Of a stretch of DNA of 64,000 nucleotides, positions 49,068 to 62,126 are shown piece by piece. Position 1 is the first letter of the stretch, and each line of letters starts with the position of its first letter. Made by a program: the position numbers and the translations under genes. Under the pieces are notes generated by a model that worked only from the letters and a program-made list of their open reading frames with translations, ran no database searches and had not been told where the DNA came from. This stretch comes from Rhizodiscina lignyota (Eukaryota): positions 496,001 to 560,000 of the forward strand of contig ML978126.1 in the NCBI GenBank assembly GCA_010015805.1, read 5' to 3'.

Positions 49068-51561
49068 ATGCCTTCCACCGCAGCCGGCAGATCACCTTCA
49101 CCGCAACCACCGCCATCAGGACGAAGCACATCCTTCCTTTCGAGGATCAAAGCGCCTTTTGGATCGAAGACGAGAAACATTGCGGAGTTCTATATCCAGC
49201 CAGACGATCCGCACAGGCAGTATTCGCCGGGAGATCATATTACAGGGAGCGTTATCTTGAAGGTGGTGAAACCGCTGAGGGTCACGCATGTGGTGGTGTG
49301 CTTGCATGGCTTTGTGCAGGTCTACAAGACGCCGAACAATCCGGGGGAAAGCTACCGCGCGTATACTGGCACGTCTGTACCAGGGAAGACCGCTCGCACA
49401 GGCTACTTTGGCAATGGTTTCGTTTCTCTCTTCCAAGATGAGCACATATTATGTGGGGAAGGGAGGCTCGGTGAGGGGGTATATCAATTTGGTTATGAAT
49501 TGGTCTTCCCACGCGATCGATTGCCCAGCAGCATTGACGTATGTATATGCATTGCTTCTCCCGCAGTAATGGCTTCATTAACTCCGAATGCAGTTCGAAC
49601 GGGGCACGGTTTCGTATATGATCACTTCGACTATCACGAAACCCACCACAATATCGCCGACTACGATATGCGACCGTAAAGTTCAACTGACCGAGGATTT
49701 CGACATAGCAACATTACGCCCACCAAGGCCGAGAGTAATCACGTTAGAGCCATTGACGAAACGAGGGAGAGCAAAGCATTTGGCCAAGAAACGAGCATTG
49801 ACTGGTGATTCTGATTCAAGTCCACAAGGATCAACACCACCGGAAGCGTCAACGGGTCAACGGAATCAAAATACATCTGGCTCGCAAGCAGATGGCGAGC
49901 TCCCGATGAGTCCTGCGCCCAGTGAGACAAGTTTCGACAGCTGCATAAGCAGCTGTGGCACTGGGTCGGCGGCAATGGAGTCCGTTTCTCATTCGGCGAT
50001 TACCAACGGAAGCAACAAAACCGGACATAAATACTCTACAGAAGAAGCGCAGCGTCCAATATCAGCGACAATAGAGCTGCAGCGGCAAGGATTCCTAAGG
50101 GGTGATGCTATCCAGCTGCGCATCCTTGTGCAGCACAGGAAGCTTGTTAAGAGCTTGCATGGAGTGATCATCACTTTGTATAGGCAAGCTCGTGTGGACA
50201 TGCACCCTGCTCTACCTGTGGTTGGGAAGGAAGGCCAGGAGAAAACGGAAGATTACTATCCAAAGTCAAGAACGGGACTCGGAGGACTCTCCCTGTCTTC
50301 TGCGGGTTCCAGTCACGTTTTCCGCAAGGACCTGTCACAATCCTTCGCTTCCCTCATTATCAACCCTGACAGTCTCACTGCGGATATCAAAGCCGCCGTT
50401 CGCGTGCCAGAGGAAGCTTTCCCGTCGATATCATCTGTTCCAGGAGGAATGATTAGCTTCAAATACTATGTGGAGGTTGTTCTTGATCTACATGGGAAAT
50501 TGTCGGGTCTGGATAGACTATTTCCGAGCTCAGGAATGTCGACTGGATACGGGCCACAAGCTGCCAACTCCACGGTTGATACCGCAAATGGACCCATGTT
50601 TTCTGCATGGGGCGGGCATTTGATCGACACTCAGGAGATCCGACGAGAGAAGGGCATCATATCATGTGTGTTCGAGGTCGTCATTGGCACGCGCGACAGT
50701 CAACGTACAGCGGCCCAAAAAGCAGCGACGCGATTCCAGCACTCAGAACAAGAGGCCACAGCGAGAGCGACTCGGCCAAACGACCAGAACGCAGGGCCCC
50801 AGTCAACGAATCCACATGAATTACCTCCAGCAACGGATGACCTTGCCGAATATTCCTACGACCCGAATATCCCGTATGACGAGGGCTATCATTATGAAGA
50901 TTACGCTTACGATCACGAGTATGGAGGCATCCGCCCCTATCAACCCGACTCACAATCGACCTTACACGCACCGCCTCCCATGCATGCCATTCCACTTCCT
51001 GACATGACCGAGGAAGAAAATCTACCCGAGAAAGAGCGACTTCGACGTGCCGAAGCTCGACTATTACCGAGCCAACCTCCAGAGATGGATGAACCTGAAA
51101 GCTCCACGACGGCTCGCAATGTAGCTCCTTCGGCACCGCTACTTCCAGAGCATTCTGGCACTGTGTCTCATCCACCATCCGCACCACCCCAGCATGAGAA
51201 CTCCTTCCAATTCAACGTTCCATCCGCACCGCCACCAATTGACACTCCAGCGGAGAGAGATAGGCGCTTATCCGCAGCACCGGAGTACTCGGGGCCAAGC
51301 AATGCACAACCGGCTCCTACGGACGACAAGCAAGAGCTACATCTTCGTCGACTCGAGATGGAGCGAAGCGCGCCAGACGATGCACCAGGTCAGTCGGGAG
51401 CGAGTGGGCCAAGTGCTCCCCCACAAGAAGCGCAAGAGGCGGACGCTGGAGCCGAAGACGATGCGCCTAGTGCTCCGGCTTTTGTTGAGGATGATGCTCA
51501 TGGAATTGGCACGGGAAGCGCTGGCGGAGATTTCTCCCAGCTTCCGAGGTACGAGCGCTAG
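49068..51561 (+). CDS. palF: Arrestin-like pH-signalling protein PalF/Rim8 (intron 49539..49593)
   Basis: Arrestin N-domain (PHRQYSPGD, LPSSIDFERGTVSY), HGVIITLYRQARVD, YYPKSRTGLGGLSL, FKYYVEV, EKERLRRAEARLLPSQPP, DDKQEL, C-terminal LPRYER. Confidence 0.92.
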
Positions 51562-52463
51562 GCGCATGAACAGGCGTATATGTTGATGCTTTCGAGAGGA
51601 TATGTGACGGGGAAAGTCACTGGTCACGATTGTATGCTAGGCGTTTTCAACGATACCATGCAGGCGATGTATTCATCCGCCATGCGCTGTGTTATGCTTT
51701 GATTTACGGGCTGATCTTGCAGCCCTACTACGATAGGTGAACTTGCGCTGGAATCAATACTGAATGTCGATGTCGAAGCAGTGCAACCCTGCTCGATACC
51801 AGCGAAAGCACATTGAATTAAGCTTTCGGAAATGCTCCTGTTCGTTTGGAAGAGCGAGGATTGCTTCCCTTGAAATATTTTATCAAACTCGTGTGTTGTG
51901 ATCAAATCCACTCCAAGGTATACGCAACCAGGCTTTCACAAACACTCCAGCTCGTTTTGAACACCAAGGCTACTTTGCCTTGAGTCACCTCATGAAGCGT
52001 GCGTGATAGTTTAAACAAGCTCCAAGACATGCACAATGGAGTTTTCAGAGACGCGCTTTGTCGTCGCGATGTTTAAGACTAGCTCATCGCAAAACAATTA
52101 CAATTCGTTTCGCGCTCCACTGTTTATCCTGTTTGTCACCCCCTGGGCCCTCGGCCACTTTGACACCGAAGATCCAACCCAACCTCTCCTTTAACGTAAC
52201 ATTCTTGGGCGCTTCATTCCTCTTGTAGTTTGGTAGGAGTTATGACCATGTCGTGTGCGGGGTGATCTGCGATAGGACCTGCTACTTCGTGCTACTTCAA
52301 AGATCTACATCGTATAGAGGTATTCTTAGCTGCCGAGTACTCCGCCACGACGAACCTCATGGCGTAGGACAAGAGCGATGGTCACGATATAGTCATTATG
52401 GCTATATAGGATCGATGGTGGCTGTAGGCTAGGTAAGTCTCACAGGCACCTCTTCAAGTCAAA

Positions 52464-55377
52464 ATGCACATCCTGATCATATTCCTCACGGTAACATTAG
52501 CGTCTCTTGCCGTCTCAGGTTCAATCGACTCCTGTCCAGGATATGTCGCAGGCATTACTGGAAAGTCGGCGACCTCCCTCACGGCAAACCTAACACTCGC
52601 GGGGGATGCATGTAATGTGTATGGCGACGATATCCGCGATCTACAGCTGTTGGTAGAGTACCAGTCCGGTATGTAACAGAAGTCAACAGCAAGTTGGGTG
52701 AGGATCCTAACCTGCTAGAAGGTAATCGACTCCATGTCAAGATTTACGATGCTGCGGAGCAAGTCTATCAAATCCCAGAGACATTCTTGTCGCTGCCGTC
52801 TGGTGCAGATGCTCCAAGCGACTTCCCGTTGGTATTTTCCTACGTCGCAAGACCATTCTCTTTTGCTATCCAACGGAGGGACACCAGAGAGACCATCTTC
52901 AATACGACGGGCACGAACCTCGTCTTTGAGTCACAGTACATTCGACTACGTACCTCTCTTCCCGAGGATCCGTATATCTATGGACTTGGAGAGGACTCGG
53001 ACCCTTTGCGGCGACCCACGCAGAACTATTCCCGTACCTTTTGGAACGTGGGAGACTCATTCCTGCCAGAAGGCTCGAATCTCTATGGAGCCCATCCGAT
53101 CTACATTGAAATGCGGGATGGCAAAGCGCACGGAGTCTTTCTCGGGAACAGCGATGGTATGGACGTGAAGATCAATAACACAGAAGACGACGGGCAGTAT
53201 CTCGAATACAATGCCATTGGAGGGGTTTTCGATATGTATTTCCTTGCCGGGCCGACTCCTAGCGAAGTTTCGCAGCAGTACGCTGGCATTGTGGGACTTG
53301 TGAGTTCGTTCCACTCGACGGATACATCAAATCGGAAGTGCTGATCGTGCGGAAAACAGCCTGCGGAGGTGGCGTACTGGACTTATGGCTTCCACCAATG
53401 CAAGTACGGCTGGCAGGATGCGATGGAGTTGGCCGAAGTTGTGCTCAATTACTCTCGAGCGAATATCCCGCTGGAGACGCTTTGGACCGATATCGACTAC
53501 AGTATGATCAAAGAGCTATGGGTACATTGAAGGGGTGCTGATTCTTGACAGTGGACCGACGGCGCACATGGACTCTCGACCCAGAGCGGTTTCCTTTACA
53601 CAAAATCCAGGAATTGGTGACATATCTCCACGATCATAATCAGTCGTACATTATGATGGTTGACCCCCCCGTTTCGCTGAACGACAGCAAATCGTACGAC
53701 AATGGCTTGAAGTACGACGTCTTTATCAAGCATGCCAACGGAACCATTTTCGTTGCTGCGATGTGGCCGGGTGCAAGCTCATGGGTGGATTGGCTGCACC
53801 CTAATGCTCAGAGATTCTGGACCGGCGAAGTGATGTCCTTCTTCAACCCCAAGAGTGGTATTGACTTGGATGGAATTTGGATTGATATGAACGACGTAAA
53901 ACAAACCCGCAGCAGTCTTCTACAGGATGTCACTGATATTTGTACAGCCCGCGAATTTCTGTCCTTATCCGTGTGCTGATCCTGTTGGGTGGTCTGCTGC
54001 GAATGGGGATCCTCCGGCAGCACCACCAGTGCGGACGATTTGGCCTCCCCTGCCGGGTTTCCCAGAAGATTTCCAGCCTCCAGACTCATCCACAACAGTA
54101 GAATTGAGCAAGCGAGAGATTACTGGGAATAAAACAGGCCTTACGGGCCGGAACTTGTTGAACCCTCCGTATCATATCAACAACACCGATGGACCACTCT
54201 ATGCAAACACCATATGGCCGGATCTATCACTACACGGGGGGTACTCCGAATATGATATGCACAACCTATTTGCATCAGGTATGATCACAGCCACACGATC
54301 CGCACTTGTTACCCGCCGGCCTGGTGTACGCCCATTTATCATCTCGCGTAGCACGTTCGCCGGCTCTGGGAACAAGACGGGGCACTGGACAGGCGACAAT
54401 GCCTCCCTGTGGGAGCACTACAGGATTTCAATCAAGCAGAATATGGAGTTCGCGTCGTTCTACCAGATACCGACCGTTGGGGCTGATGTGTGCGGCTTCA
54501 ATCTCAATACAACGGAGACGCTGTGCGCTCGGTGGGCGGTGCTCGGTGCCTTCTATCCATTTTATCGAAATCATGCGGATATTACTGCAAATCAGCAGGA
54601 ATTCTATCTGTGGCCGTAAGTAATCCTGCATGCACACTCCTGTTAATAGCACACTCATAAACACATTTCAGTGTGGTCGCCGCTGCAGCACGGAGCGCCA
54701 TTCAGACGCGAATGCAGCTGATGGATTACTTCTACACCGAATTTCACTATCAGACCGTAGACGGAATACCAAGGACCATACTCCCGCTGTTTTACGTCTA
54801 TCCTTTAGACAACAAAACGCTTGAGATCTCGCTACAGTTCTTCTACGGCCAATCTTTGATGGTATCGCCGGTGACGGAAGAGAATGCCACGAGTGTGACC
54901 TTCTACCTACCCAAGGATACATTCTACGACTTGTTCACGGGCGAGAAGGTCGAGGGCGAGGGCGAATTCATCACACGCGACAATGTCAGCTACGCGGAGA
55001 TCCCAGTCCACGTCCGCGGCGGTTCCATAGTCCCAATGCGCGTCGACGGCGCCAATAACACGAAGCTCCTGCGAGAGCTGGACTTTGCACTCCTCATTGC
55101 CCCGGATGCCCATGGAAATGCAACTGGGCGTTTGTATCTTGATGACGGAGAGAGCTTGAATCCGACAGAGACGAGCGAGATTAGCTTCACGTACAGCACC
55201 GCTACTGGCAAACTGGTCATAGGAGGAAGCTTTGGGTATACGACCTCCTCAAAGATTGTCGGCGCTACTGTGCTTGGGGAGTCGGCTGGCAAATCCTCCT
55301 CCTCGAAAGAAAGAAGGAGCGGCAATGTTGTTAAACTGGATAGGCCGCTGTCAGAGGCTTTCACAGCTACGCTGTAA
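52464..55377 (+). CDS. Secreted GH31 alpha-glucosidase (5 introns)
   Basis: Signal peptide, [59 protein letters not shown]. Introns at ~52669, 53300, 53502, 53896, 54616. Confidence 0.92.
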
Positions 55378-57125
55378 ATATTAAGCCATTCCAGCTAATT
55401 CGCTAAGAACACCTTAGGCAGCTATATACTGGAAAGATTCCTAAGTTGGCTTAGCTGTTGATCTCGCATGACTTGACCAAAGTCGGCATGTCCTTGAACC
55501 ATCCTTGAGTTTCCAACGAACCCAGAGACGGGGTCACCTTGTTCGGTAGCCTAGCACAGACTACTCGTCTATTCCTGCGTATTGGGTGGACTTGAATCAC
55601 TTTGACATTATGACTGTTGCCATATGAAATCGCTGAGCATGCATAAATTCTTCAATGCAAATAGGCCCTGTTCACAGAAGCTGTCGATTCTGAACGAACA
55701 GCATCCAAAGCACATTAGACCAAGCTTCCAGTGACAATCTCGCTTCCACCGAAGACCAACACATTCAAGCCATGTCCTGACCGCCGCCAAACTCAGCAAT
55801 GCTATCACCGACGGTCGCATAAGGAGTACATGTGACTGAACTGAGCATTTCCCGGTGGGCAAGCAACATCCCGACGGCTGCATCCAATATCACAACCACA
55901 TCTCCCACACCCCACCGACCTTCCCTTTCCATCGCCGGTCAAACAATCAGCTGGTCCGATCGCCGCGAACGGCTCTTCCCCGCTACAAAGCCAAAATTTT
56001 CTTCCTCTTCGCCAGTCTCACTTTCCGATCTTCAGAACCGCACCTGATCCACCGCCCGCCCCCCATGCATCCTGCGTCCGCGCGGCGTGATTGGCCAAGC
56101 TCCGGCGCTTAACTCCAGCCCAGCACATCGAGTGGCTTCCCGCTCGCCGGCTCCTTCCCGCGTGCCAGGCGCCATTGGATTTTGTCTGAGGAAGCCTGTT
56201 CGAGGCCCGAGACGCGTGGGCGACGGGCTTGCGGGACGGGCTGGCATGGCTTGCGTGTGGCGGTTTGGGACGCTGTTGGTCACGTTTGAGGCCCGCCGTC
56301 TGGCGTGGTTGGCGGCGTTTTCGAAGCGTTCGCTGAGGTTGAGAAGGCTCTACATGTTGGTGACTGTGGGAGTTTGGGAATGGCGGACAGGGTAGGGCCC
56401 ATGGAGTTTGGGATTTGGATGACGGAAGCGATTCGTTTTATCCCAATGGGCCTCGAAGGCTTACGGGAAGCTGCACGTCACTGCACACGGGCAATTTGGA
56501 TATGCGGGTATGGAAATGCACCGAAATGAGGACTCAGAGATGCTCAATTGAGGCAGACATGCATACATTCGTGCATTCATGTATTGATTTACGCTTGGTA
56601 AATTGCCTGTCTATACAGGCTTGTGGTGGGCATCTCCACCAGTCCAAAAAATCGTCTGAAAGTGCCCACCGTCCATAGGAGCTTCATGCTCGTCCGTTAT
56701 TTCCTTTTTGAAATGCTCGAGCATAAATCCATCCGTAGATGTGTACCATAAATGTGCCCAAGACACATTCGTGCTAGATACGCCAGGAAACTCCATGCCA
56801 ACCGCGAATAAAATTGAATTCCTGAACGCCTGGATCTACCAGGCCGTGTCATAAGGGAACGCCATGCAGATGCAAGCTTTCCTGATGTGTGCTTGATAAG
56901 GCTCGACAGGAAGCTAGTGAATATGGACAGGTTCATCGGAAGATATCGAAGAGTTGCCGCAGCGGTTTGAACTTTGCGAGGTGCAGGTCGAAAGCTTTGT
57001 TGCGGAATTAATGAGATATCGAAAGAAGGCAAATGGGTATAAAATTTCCGATTCTTGAGCGCTCGGTAAATGAGTGTCTTGACAGGCAGCGCTGCCATGC
57101 CAATTTGAGAGTCTGCGGCGTGGGC

Positions 57126-57941
57126 CTATTCGATCTTGCGCTTCTTGCTCGGAGGAACTGGTTCGACCACAGGTGTCGGGTTCGTGGGCCTGGCAGCGGA
57201 GTACATCACCGTGCGCGTAACAACCTGCCTAACGCTCACGTTGACCGGTTTCGACGGACCAGTAGTGTATGGACTCTTCAGCTCGCCCTCCAGAGGCGAC
57301 ATTGTCGCACTATAGGGCGAGTACATTCCCGTCACACTGTGTGCGCTCATCGGGCTCCTCACCCCGGCCGAGCGTGGCGATGGCGGAATGTGAAGACGAC
57401 GGGGTGTGCGAGCAGACGGGGGACGCTGAAATGGCGAAGGCGGTGGGATGGCAATCTTCATGTTTGGCTCTGTTTTCGTTGATGAAGGAGGGTTCGCGTT
57501 TGAGGCTTCTTGAGCAGAGTCGCGGCGGGAGGAGCAACTGCTGGAACGTGAGGACGATTTGCTCTCCTTCGCTGAGCCAGGAACTGATGGAGCAGTTTCT
57601 GCTGTATTCACCCGTGATAGAGGAGGTGTAGGAGCGGCGTCTGATGCGTCTGATGCGAGAGTGTGGACTGTCTCGGAAGATCCTTTCGAAGTGAGTGTGG
57701 TAGGCCTCTGAGGGAAGTCCATCCGAGTCGCGGACTGAGGGCTCATGAGAGCAGGCGAAAGGGTCTTCAGGAAGTCGAGATAGGCGGCCGGCGGCGTGAT
57801 GGGAGTCTTCTGACTGCCATCTTCCAACTTGATGAAAGTTGGGGTGCCCGCCATGGGACTCCGCAGCTCAGAGGGATATGTCGCGGAGACAGGAGTCCCA
57901 AGAGGCAGCGGGTGCGGCTTCTCTGCTGCTGAAGTCGCCAT
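57126..57941 (-). CDS. Ser/Pro/Thr-rich hypothetical protein with C-terminal basic NLS-like tail
   Basis: Intronless ORF; many SP/TP sites, PITPPAAYLDFLKTLSP, VSVRQVVTRTV, ends PPSKKRKIE. First ATG 57941; in-frame GTG at 57980. Confidence 0.75.
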   Translation of the reverse strand: MATSAAEKPHPLPLGTPVSATYPSELRSPMAGTPTFIKLEDGSQKTPITPPAAYLDFLKTLSPALMSPQSATRMDFPQRPTTLTSKGSSETVHTLASDASDAAPTPPLSRVNTAETAPSVPGSAKESKSSSRSSSCSSRRDSAQEASNANPPSSTKTEPNMKIAIPPPSPFQRPPSARTPRRLHIPPSPRSAGVRSPMSAHSVTGMYSPYSATMSPLEGELKSPYTTGPSKPVNVSVRQVVTRTVMYSAARPTNPTPVVEPVPPSKKRKIE

Positions 57942-59444
57942 GACTGTAGGCTTTTCTTCGCTCGAGGTATTCGAAGCCACGATTGCAGAGGTATACCACA
58001 GTCAAGTCGAAGCAGAGAAGCGCTGGCAGGCTTGGATAGGCTGCACAAGCGAGGGGGAGAGGAGGAGGCCGACTTGCAGGCAGTCTGAAAGAAACAGCAG
58101 CCTGGGGGGGTTATTTGCCTGCAGCTCTGCGAATCTCGAGGGCGTCGGCAGTACTTGTCGCAAGCTCTTGTTATTGACAGCGCCTAATTGCAGCACCCAG
58201 GGTGGGCGGCGCGTAGAGGTCGCAGCAAGGTCGAATTGACGCTGAACTTTTATTTAGAGACGTGCGTCAGAGCGTAGCTGCGTTGGGCCTAGCGCTCTTT
58301 GTATCGGCGGCTGGCACCCTTCCAATTGGGTGTCACAGCGGGCCTGCTCCGGCGGAGTGGAGGGTGCGTTGCAGGTGCCAGATGCACCCAAGCGTCAGTC
58401 GCAAAGCTGATGCTCCTGATTCGTGGCCCGCAGCGCTGCTCAAAGACAGAGTCCAGGGGAGGGAGCGCTCGCGATTGGGACGTTAGCCTCCGTGCTCCAA
58501 CGCCTACGACCAATATTTCCGACGTGGCACAGCGCGCACTGTTGGTGATTAAGCGGGAGGGATGCAGTGGTCGGCGATCCGGTCGCGACCTTATGGATGG
58601 AGTAATACGCAATACTGGGGCGAACCACAAGGTGCCAGTGATCCGGTAAGAGCACTAAGAGCGATGTTGCTTGCAACAGCCAATGTGTGTGGGGCGCTAG
58701 TAGCTGTAGAGGGCGATGGAGAAGCTCAGTTGACAATCAGGGTACGTAAGAGGCAATTGAAGGGAAAAGTGTATAGTGAAGTGCAATGTGAATGGTCTGG
58801 TTTCCAGGAAGAAAATGCGAGACTTTAAAGTCTTCTGCCCAACTAGGGCAGCCCAATTGTCTGCGCGACACGAGTAGGCAGGCTCCAGCTCTGATTCTAT
58901 TCTGAGATCTCGGCCATTTCTTTCTGCAAATTTTGGTAGGCTCTCCCGTGACCACAGCGGCTCAACGTCGAACGCAGCGCTTCGTCAGACGGCGTTTCGC
59001 TGGCTGCAGCCCTATTCTAGCACCGAAAGCCACGTCGAACCCGATTGTTAGACCGATATTCGCAACATCTCGCTATGTGGAAGCGCTCTGCTATTGGCGC
59101 TGTGTTGTAGAAGCGTTGTCGTCTCTTGAGTGGTTGGCTACAACGGTCTCGGGACTCCCATCACTTAGGTATGGATGAGGAACACGCCATTCGCTCACAC
59201 GGCGATATTATCTATAACGTAGGCGCCCACCACAAGAGTCTAGTCATGGGAGCAGAAAGTGAGAGCGCAAGACTCAGCCTTGTTTGGTTGGATCTGGAGG
59301 CCAACCTGTTGCCCTATGTCCTCAAAATTGGAGCAGATATTGTACAAAAGAGCCGCCGGCCTCATGGCCGCATGGCCGCGCTCCTATTCCACGGCCCAAG
59401 GCGCTCTCAACGAAGTGATTCATCTTTCTCTCGCAGCTACGGCG

Positions 59445-61947
59445 TTACGGCTCCTCGTCGACTCCCTTCCAGAAGGCACTAACTTTATCGCCAACCATGA
59501 TTGTGGGATCCTGATCGGCGGGTGTGGCGTTCATCTTAACTGGCACATGGCAGGCATGCTGTCCAAAGAAGACTCTGCCATTGAAACGGCGCGTCTTAGC
59601 GAGCGTTGCAAAGGGCTCCTCATTCTTGACGGCAGTCTCCTGGTCCACGCATACCATTTGGCATCGTCGACAAGCTCCAAGCATCTGGAAGTGTTGCTCG
59701 CCTATCTGGAGCGCGCGCCACTCATCCTCGACATAGGGCTGCTCCAGGCCGGGGGGTGCTGCAAGATTTTCGGCTATCACAATGTTGGCCCGGAACACCT
59801 CCGCATGAGCGGCTTTGCCGCCATTGGACTTGATGTGCTCGTTTAGACGATTGAGACTGGACCTTGTTATGACAAGGATGGGGCTCTCGTTCGACAGCAA
59901 TATTGGTCGTGCAACCCTCACTTCGTCGGTACGAGCCTTAGGGTATGCCCCAGGGATCGTAACGTCATCCATCTCCCGTTGGTGGGGTTGCAGGTGCGCC
60001 TTGGTGTGTCTCCCAAAGGATGACGAGCTAGCCGCTGGAAAGCGTGCCAGTTGGCAAGGAGCTCCAACTGCTCTTGTGAAAAAAGTCGCCAATTCGTCCG
60101 AGGCATATACTTGAGCGTTGATAAGATCTCCACAGACTTTAGCGTTGCGGAGGTTGTAGTGTTCGTTGTTGGCCAGAACAGTTGGATCTCCCGAAAGAGG
60201 AACTGCGACCTCTTCCGATGAGCCGACAACAAAGACTCTCAAAACGCCATTGGCAAGATCTATTGTTGGTCTGATCAGCGCCATGCGAGGATGTTGCTTT
60301 TGGCTCAATGCAGCGCCGGTGCTGCGGTTTACCAGACACCATTCGCGGTCCCATGCAAGCCCTTCCTGCCGGACTCTCCAAGCCCAACCTTGCGGTACCC
60401 TCCAACCCGCACAGCTCTTGATGGGAAACACTGTAAGGCTCTCCACCGCCATGGACAGACCCGCTTGTGGAATCAAGCTGCAACTTCCGGGAGATGTCCT
60501 CTCTGCCTCGTGCTCCACGAAGAATTCTTTCATAAACCCAATGAATCTTTGTACGTCATTGATGGTGCTCATGGCACCTAGGCTGAGTCTCACCATTCCT
60601 GTAGGCTTTCCGTCCAATATCTCGTCGTCGACACCGCAGCGCTGACCAGCAGAAAAGTTTCTCCTCATCTCCCACGGCTCAAGCTTGAGGTGCGATGCAA
60701 TACCTCCGGGGTTGCAAAGGCCGCCCGTTCGAAGCTGTATATTTTTAACAGCCGCCAGTTTCTCCACTTCGGCATTGCTGATCCACGTCTCGCGACTACT
60801 CCGGATATTGAATGCTACAATGGGGCCTTGAGTGGTTCGGTCCTGGTACGGCGATTTCGAATCTTTGTAGATTTCGCAGACCGGGACGCCATTGCTATGT
60901 CTTAGAAGAATAAGTTCATTGAACAGCTTCTCAGCTAAGAACGCAGTGTGTCTTGAGACACGTTCAAGTGAACCAAAGAGCTCCTGGTGAGTGTCAAGCG
61001 CATGTCGGACAGCTAGGATGTTATGGATTGGCAAGGTACCATCCTCAAGATGCTCGTGAACTGTCCCTGACTTTTTAGCATGCCACCTCTCCCGTAGGCA
61101 AAGAACCATGTCGACCGTGCCACCACCGAAATATTTTCGGTGTGACAAAATCCCTCCAGATGCCTTTCGAACGAGGAGAACTCCAAGATCCGGAAAACCA
61201 AAGATCTTGTATAAGCTCAGCACTGTAAAGTCGGGCGCTTCATCCGCGTTACTGAAGTCGAGAGGGGACGTTGAAGCAAATGCTGCAGCGTCAAGCAAGG
61301 TGAATAAAGAGACCCCGGCAGATGTAGCGGACTCTCGTAGTCGACCACACCACCCCAGCGGTAAACGTCGACCATTCAAATTCGATTGCGCCGGATATGC
61401 AAAGAGTCCGGGTACCTCTAAGTCATCCGTTGACATTGGATTCGAGATCAAATGTTCGACATCCTCGTCTGTTTCAAAGCATGTGTGCTTCGCTGCTGCT
61501 TCTCGAACCCCGACAATGCTGGTGTGTGCATCTTTATGATAGCCATACCAGAAGTTGCCACTATCTCGGAAAGCATCCATGACCAGCTTAATGCCGGCAG
61601 TAGCATTAGCTACAAAGACGACATCAAAATCGTCCGGATCAGCCTGGAACAGTTGTAGCAAGCTAAGTCGAACATCATCGATGCACTCGGAAGTTGTTTG
61701 GGATGCTGTTGATGCTGAATGGGGATTGCCATAGAGATTGCCAATTAGGTCCTGCGAGTATCGTTCGATTAAAGACTTTGGATATAGCGTAGTCCCGGCA
61801 TGATCGAGATATAATGCATCTGTCACATGTGTCAGTGAAATTTGATACCCTGTTCCTCCCAAGTCTCGAACCTTTCAGCATGGGATACTCAATCTCTCTG
61901 AACGCCTCCACCGAAGGGTTGTAATCCGAATCCACGCCCATGGCCAT
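59445..61947 (-). CDS. hxB: Molybdenum cofactor sulfurase (NifS-like + MOSC), intron 61820..61871
   Basis: YLDHAGTT, GNPHS, LLDAA, SLYKIFGFPDLG (PLP Lys), RTGGLCNPGG, MOSC region FPIKSC, WDREW, FRANIV, CRRCQMVCVDQ. Confidence 0.94.
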
Positions 61948-62106
61948 GCTGAAAGAGATAAACGACAGAGTGCCACCCTTGGTCCATCTATCCGGTTGCC
62001 AGAACCGGAGGAGACTTGCAAACAGAGAATAAAATTGGACGTGAAGTTCAAGCTTGAAAGATATACAACAATCGTCAGCGATTCATATTAGAAGACGGCC
62101 AAAGCC

Positions 62107-62126
62107 CTATCGGACTCCTCCGATAG
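62107..62126. promoter_or_regulatory. UaY-type site TCGG-N6-CCGA overlapped by two inverted CGATAG GATA sites
   Basis: CTATCGG-ACTCCT-CCGATAG, 160-179 bp upstream of the hxB ATG. Confidence 0.7.

Noticed and set aside
52257..52262. CreA-type GCGGGG site before the GH31 gene
   Set aside because: Biologically plausible but a single degenerate hexamer is not supportable.
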